A stretch of 64,000 nt of DNA from a bacterium (GTDB lineage: Bacteria; Hinthialibacterota; Hinthialibacteria; Hinthialibacterales; Hinthialibacteraceae). Under the pieces are notes generated by a model. The model saw only the letters and a program-made list of their open reading frames with translations. It made no database searches and had not been told where the DNA came from. The stretch covers positions 672,001 through 736,000 of the forward strand of contig CAXXMV010000002.1 in NCBI GenBank assembly GCA_963662285.2, read 5' to 3'. The first letter of the stretch is position 1. Every line of letters starts with the position of its first letter. Positions 61,167 to 64,000 of the stretch are shown piece by piece. A program made the position numbers and the translations under genes.

Positions 61167-61404
61167 GGATTTCGTATATTATAAATCACCCAGATTAACC
61201 AGGATTTCGAGGGTGGCCGGTATTCATTGGCACAGGCAAACGATTAAACTAGTAACTACAGGCCGATTTCATTGGAATATGCTATCTTCATTAATCAGGA
61301 ATTGTTGAAAAGAACAAAAGAAATATATAGTGGATATAGTATAATTTTTCAATCTATAGTTTTTTACATCGCATGTTAGCAACGGATTACAGGATATCCA
61401 AAAA

Positions 61405-62568
61405 TTGAAGATCGCACTTGACGCAAGTTTCTTAGGCGCAACTGGAGGAATTGGAACATACACTTTTGAACTCGTCCGTTCCTTTGCTCAACTCTATAAT
61501 GACCAAGAGTTCCTCTTAATTAGTAATAAACTCCCCGAATCAATTCCCCAATACGCCAGGCAACAAGAGACCTATCAATCACGAATGCCGGAACTACCTC
61601 CCAAATGGAAACAGATACAAACGTACAAGCGCTTCAGGCAACAATGGTGGCTACTGACGCTGCCTAAAATTCTCCGCGAACACAATCCTGCGATTTTTCA
61701 TGCTATTGATGGCGTATCCATTCCTTCTTTCAAGAAAACACAACCTTTAATCGTAACGATTCATGATATTATTCCCATAACCAATCCCGAATTCTGTAGA
61801 TATAGAGATGTCATCGCGGCTCAACTGCTTATGAGGCACGCGATTAATAAGGCGGATATGATTATTGCTGTTTCACAATATTCAGCCGGGCAGATTCTAG
61901 CAAAATTCCCCCACGTTCAGTCCAGATTGACTACTATATATGAGGGAATAGATCACAATCGGTTCACTCCGGCACCGAATAGGCAAGAACTAGCCCAAAC
62001 ATTATCGAACCGATATGCTCTATTTTCTCCTCATTTTCTTTTATGCGTTGCAACATTGAATCCACGAAGAAACCTTGTACGGCTCATTCGATCTTTCTCG
62101 GAGTATATTCATTCTGTTAATGATTCCGATGCTTGCCTAGTCATCGCAGGATGCCGGGGATGGAAAGATAATGAGGTTTTCCAAACAATAAATCAAATGA
62201 ACCTGGAAACGAGAGTTCATTTTCTACAAGATGTTTCGGATAATGATATCGTCCAACTAAATCAGTCTGCTCTGGCCGCCATCAATGTATCTCTTCTAGA
62301 AGGATTTGGATTCCCCGTTCTTGAAGCCATGGCATGCGGAACTCCTGTCATCTGTTCTTCGACGACTTCATTGGGTGAAATCGCTGGTGATGCAGCGCTG
62401 TGCATCGACCCGACCAATCAAGCCTCGATTGTTGAAGCCATGTATAAGATAATCCAAGATCAGGGAATCCGGGAAAATTTATCAAAACAAGGATTAGAAA
62501 GATCAAAAGATTTTACTTGGGAGAACGCCGCGAAAGCAACATTCGAAGTTTACGAACAGTTCATATAA
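61405..62568 (+). CDS. Glycosyltransferase family 4 (mannosyltransferase-like)
   Basis: TGGIGTYT, VTIHDIIP, SLLEGFGFPVLEAMACGTPV. Confidence 0.9.
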   Translation: MKIALDASFLGATGGIGTYTFELVRSFAQLYNDQEFLLISNKLPESIPQYARQQETYQSRMPELPPKWKQIQTYKRFRQQWWLLTLPKILREHNPAIFHAIDGVSIPSFKKTQPLIVTIHDIIPITNPEFCRYRDVIAAQLLMRHAINKADMIIAVSQYSAGQILAKFPHVQSRLTTIYEGIDHNRFTPAPNRQELAQTLSNRYALFSPHFLLCVATLNPRRNLVRLIRSFSEYIHSVNDSDACLVIAGCRGWKDNEVFQTINQMNLETRVHFLQDVSDNDIVQLNQSALAAINVSLLEGFGFPVLEAMACGTPVICSSTTSLGEIAGDAALCIDPTNQASIVEAMYKIIQDQGIRENLSKQGLERSKDFTWENAAKATFEVYEQFI

Positions 62569-62717
62569 CTTAATTCGATAGTTGAATGAGGAAACAGTTC
62601 ACGCACTGAGATTCGAATCACATCACCTGCATATATGCAGATTCCGAACTCTTGAAACGGGGTAAGGCGGGTAAAGACATCTAATCCGGACATAAGATTT
62701 TGGTGACGCATAGTGAG

Positions 62718-62975
62718 GATAAATTCATTATCCATTATCGAGTTCTGGAGAAAAGAAAAGAGGATGTCGACTTATTATAACCTGAGTTTGAAAGTCATAA
62801 AAATTTATTTGGAGAATTGTCGTCAGTTTTAGCAGCGGATAAAGGATTTTATAAAGACTGCGACCAACTGGAACAATTAGGCGACAAAATCTCAACCGTA
62901 GCAATCGCCAAAAAAGGAATGAGAACAACGGCTGAAAAAAGAGAGAAAGCGCCAAGTGTATACAGCGTTCTAAAA
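62718..62975 (+). pseudogene. IS5/ISNCY-like transposase remnant
   Basis: DKFIIHYRVLEKRKEDVDLL*PEFESHKNLFGELSSVLAADKGFY...AIAKKG, with an in-frame stop. Confidence 0.6.
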
Positions 62976-62984
62976 GTGAGCCAT

Positions 62985-63998
62985 TTAGCGTTTTATAGAA
63001 CCGATTATTTTATGCTGTTCAATAATTTTCTCTTCTTTCTCAAGAATCATATAATTTTGTTGTTTTATGAACTTTTCTTTATTTCGTAATTGATTATGAA
63101 TATTTTTTATATTTCTCTTAAGAATTTTGCTAGTATTCTTCAGCCGATTTACTTTTTCTTCATATTCTTTTATAACTAGGTTCTTTTTTTCTAATATATT
63201 ATAAATATTCATATACTTATTGGGTATTAGAGACCAAAAAAATCTTATTATTCTTGAACGTCGCCTTGTTCTTATCCTTTTGATGAAATTATTCAGTTTT
63301 ATTGTTTCCCATTCCTTTTCCTGAACCATAATATTTTGATATTTAATAAAATTCTCTTTTTCTCTAATCATTTTGTTTTGCGAATTAATAAAATTCTCTT
63401 TGTCTACAATCATTTTGTTTTGAGAATTAATAAATATTTCTTTTTCTTTCAATTGTTTTTTTAAGTAGCTGAGATTTTTTATATAGTGATCTCTGTTGTC
63501 AATCCATTCTGCAAGTGAAGATACTTTTTCGCCTTGTTTTAATAATTCATATGCGGAAGGGAAAAAAGTTTTATAAATTTCATCAAATATCTGTTTTGTT
63601 AACGAAATTTCGTTAACAAAACAATACTCAATAGATTTAAATTTTATTCGCAGATAACTACTATTTCCGATGTAATTTCCAACATTGTAATGAATACCAT
63701 TAATCATTGCTAAAAAGGCCATGTAAGACATTTTATCAATCAAATCATCTGGAATGTCCCCATTATAACAATCGTAATCATAAAAATTAGCTTCTATAGT
63801 AATATATTTAACATTGTTATTCTTACAAACATCGATAAACATTTCAATGTCATTCTTGGATTTATTTTCATCAAGAAAAATATATTTTACTATCACAGAT
63901 TCACTGCTGGATATTTTTATATATTGCGCAATGTTTTCCCAAACAATATCATATCTATCTTTTCCCTTTACTTTTATATAAGTCTCTCTGTTGCCAGC
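62985..63998 (-). CDS. Probable radical SAM protein C-terminal part with coiled-coil tail, 5'-truncated by window edge
   Basis: Frame open to the edge: AGNRETYIKVKGKDRYDIVWENI...VIVKYIF..N, typical of radical SAM barrels; CxxxCxxC would lie outside the window. Confidence 0.6.
   Translation of the reverse strand, partial: AGNRETYIKVKGKDRYDIVWENIAQYIKISSSESVIVKYIFLDENKSKNDIEMFIDVCKNNNVKYITIEANFYDYDCYNGDIPDDLIDKMSYMAFLAMINGIHYNVGNYIGNSSYLRIKFKSIEYCFVNEISLTKQIFDEIYKTFFPSAYELLKQGEKVSSLAEWIDNRDHYIKNLSYLKKQLKEKEIFINSQNKMIVDKENFINSQNKMIREKENFIKYQNIMVQEKEWETIKLNNFIKRIRTRRRSRIIRFFWSLIPNKYMNIYNILEKKNLVIKEYEEKVNRLKNTSKILKRNIKNIHNQLRNKEKFIKQQNYMILEKEEKIIEQHKIIGSIKR
63318..63449 (-). repeat. About three imperfect 42-bp (14-aa) tandem repeats
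   Basis: KEIFINSQNKMIVD / KENFINSQNKMIRE / KENFIKYQNIMVQE. Confidence 0.75.
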
Positions 63999-64000
63999 AT

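Larger units (their letters stand above)
57847..64000. mobile_element. Putative tRNA-anchored genomic island (left part) carrying glycosylation genes
   Basis: Begins at the tRNA 3' fragment; visibly AT-rich genes; two IS remnants; no integrase inside the window. Confidence 0.6.

Overview
Bacterial chromosomal window, probably from a diderm, flagellated, carbohydrate-using lineage; the secreted-protein style recalls candidate phyla such as Hinthialibacterota/OLB16 or Sumerlaeota, but that is an unverified impression. Core genes: peptide ABC binding protein (partial), rpoN, a Maf-type flagellin glycosyltransferase, glycine cleavage gcvT-H-PA-PB and sufB-C-D-S-U-T. Accessory genes: secreted and sugar-active proteins, a cluster of type II TA modules, an ECF sigma/anti-sigma pair, two giant (~850-870 aa) flagellins, an outer-membrane barrel gene split by an intact ISL3 (8-bp TSD), two paralogous chemoreceptors behind sigma54-type promoters, a two-gene module between 68-bp direct repeats, and an AT-rich glycosylation island that starts at a tRNA-Ile2(CAT) 3' fragment and runs off the right end. 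Most notable: (1) a C-terminal [TS]-[IV]-x-[QD]-W-S-L-[YF]-stop motif shared by two unrelated secreted proteins, a candidate protein-sorting signal; (2) a sigma54 porin/chemoreceptor locus with a conserved tandem TGTAR-N9-YTACA enhancer and an extracytoplasmic tandem-CZB receptor; (3) giant flagellins, one behind three tandem sigma28 promoters and a multi-GGA-hairpin leader; (4) an uncharacterised TA-like cassette next to a duplicated EEP gene 3' end. No database searches were run; all family calls come from motif recognition.
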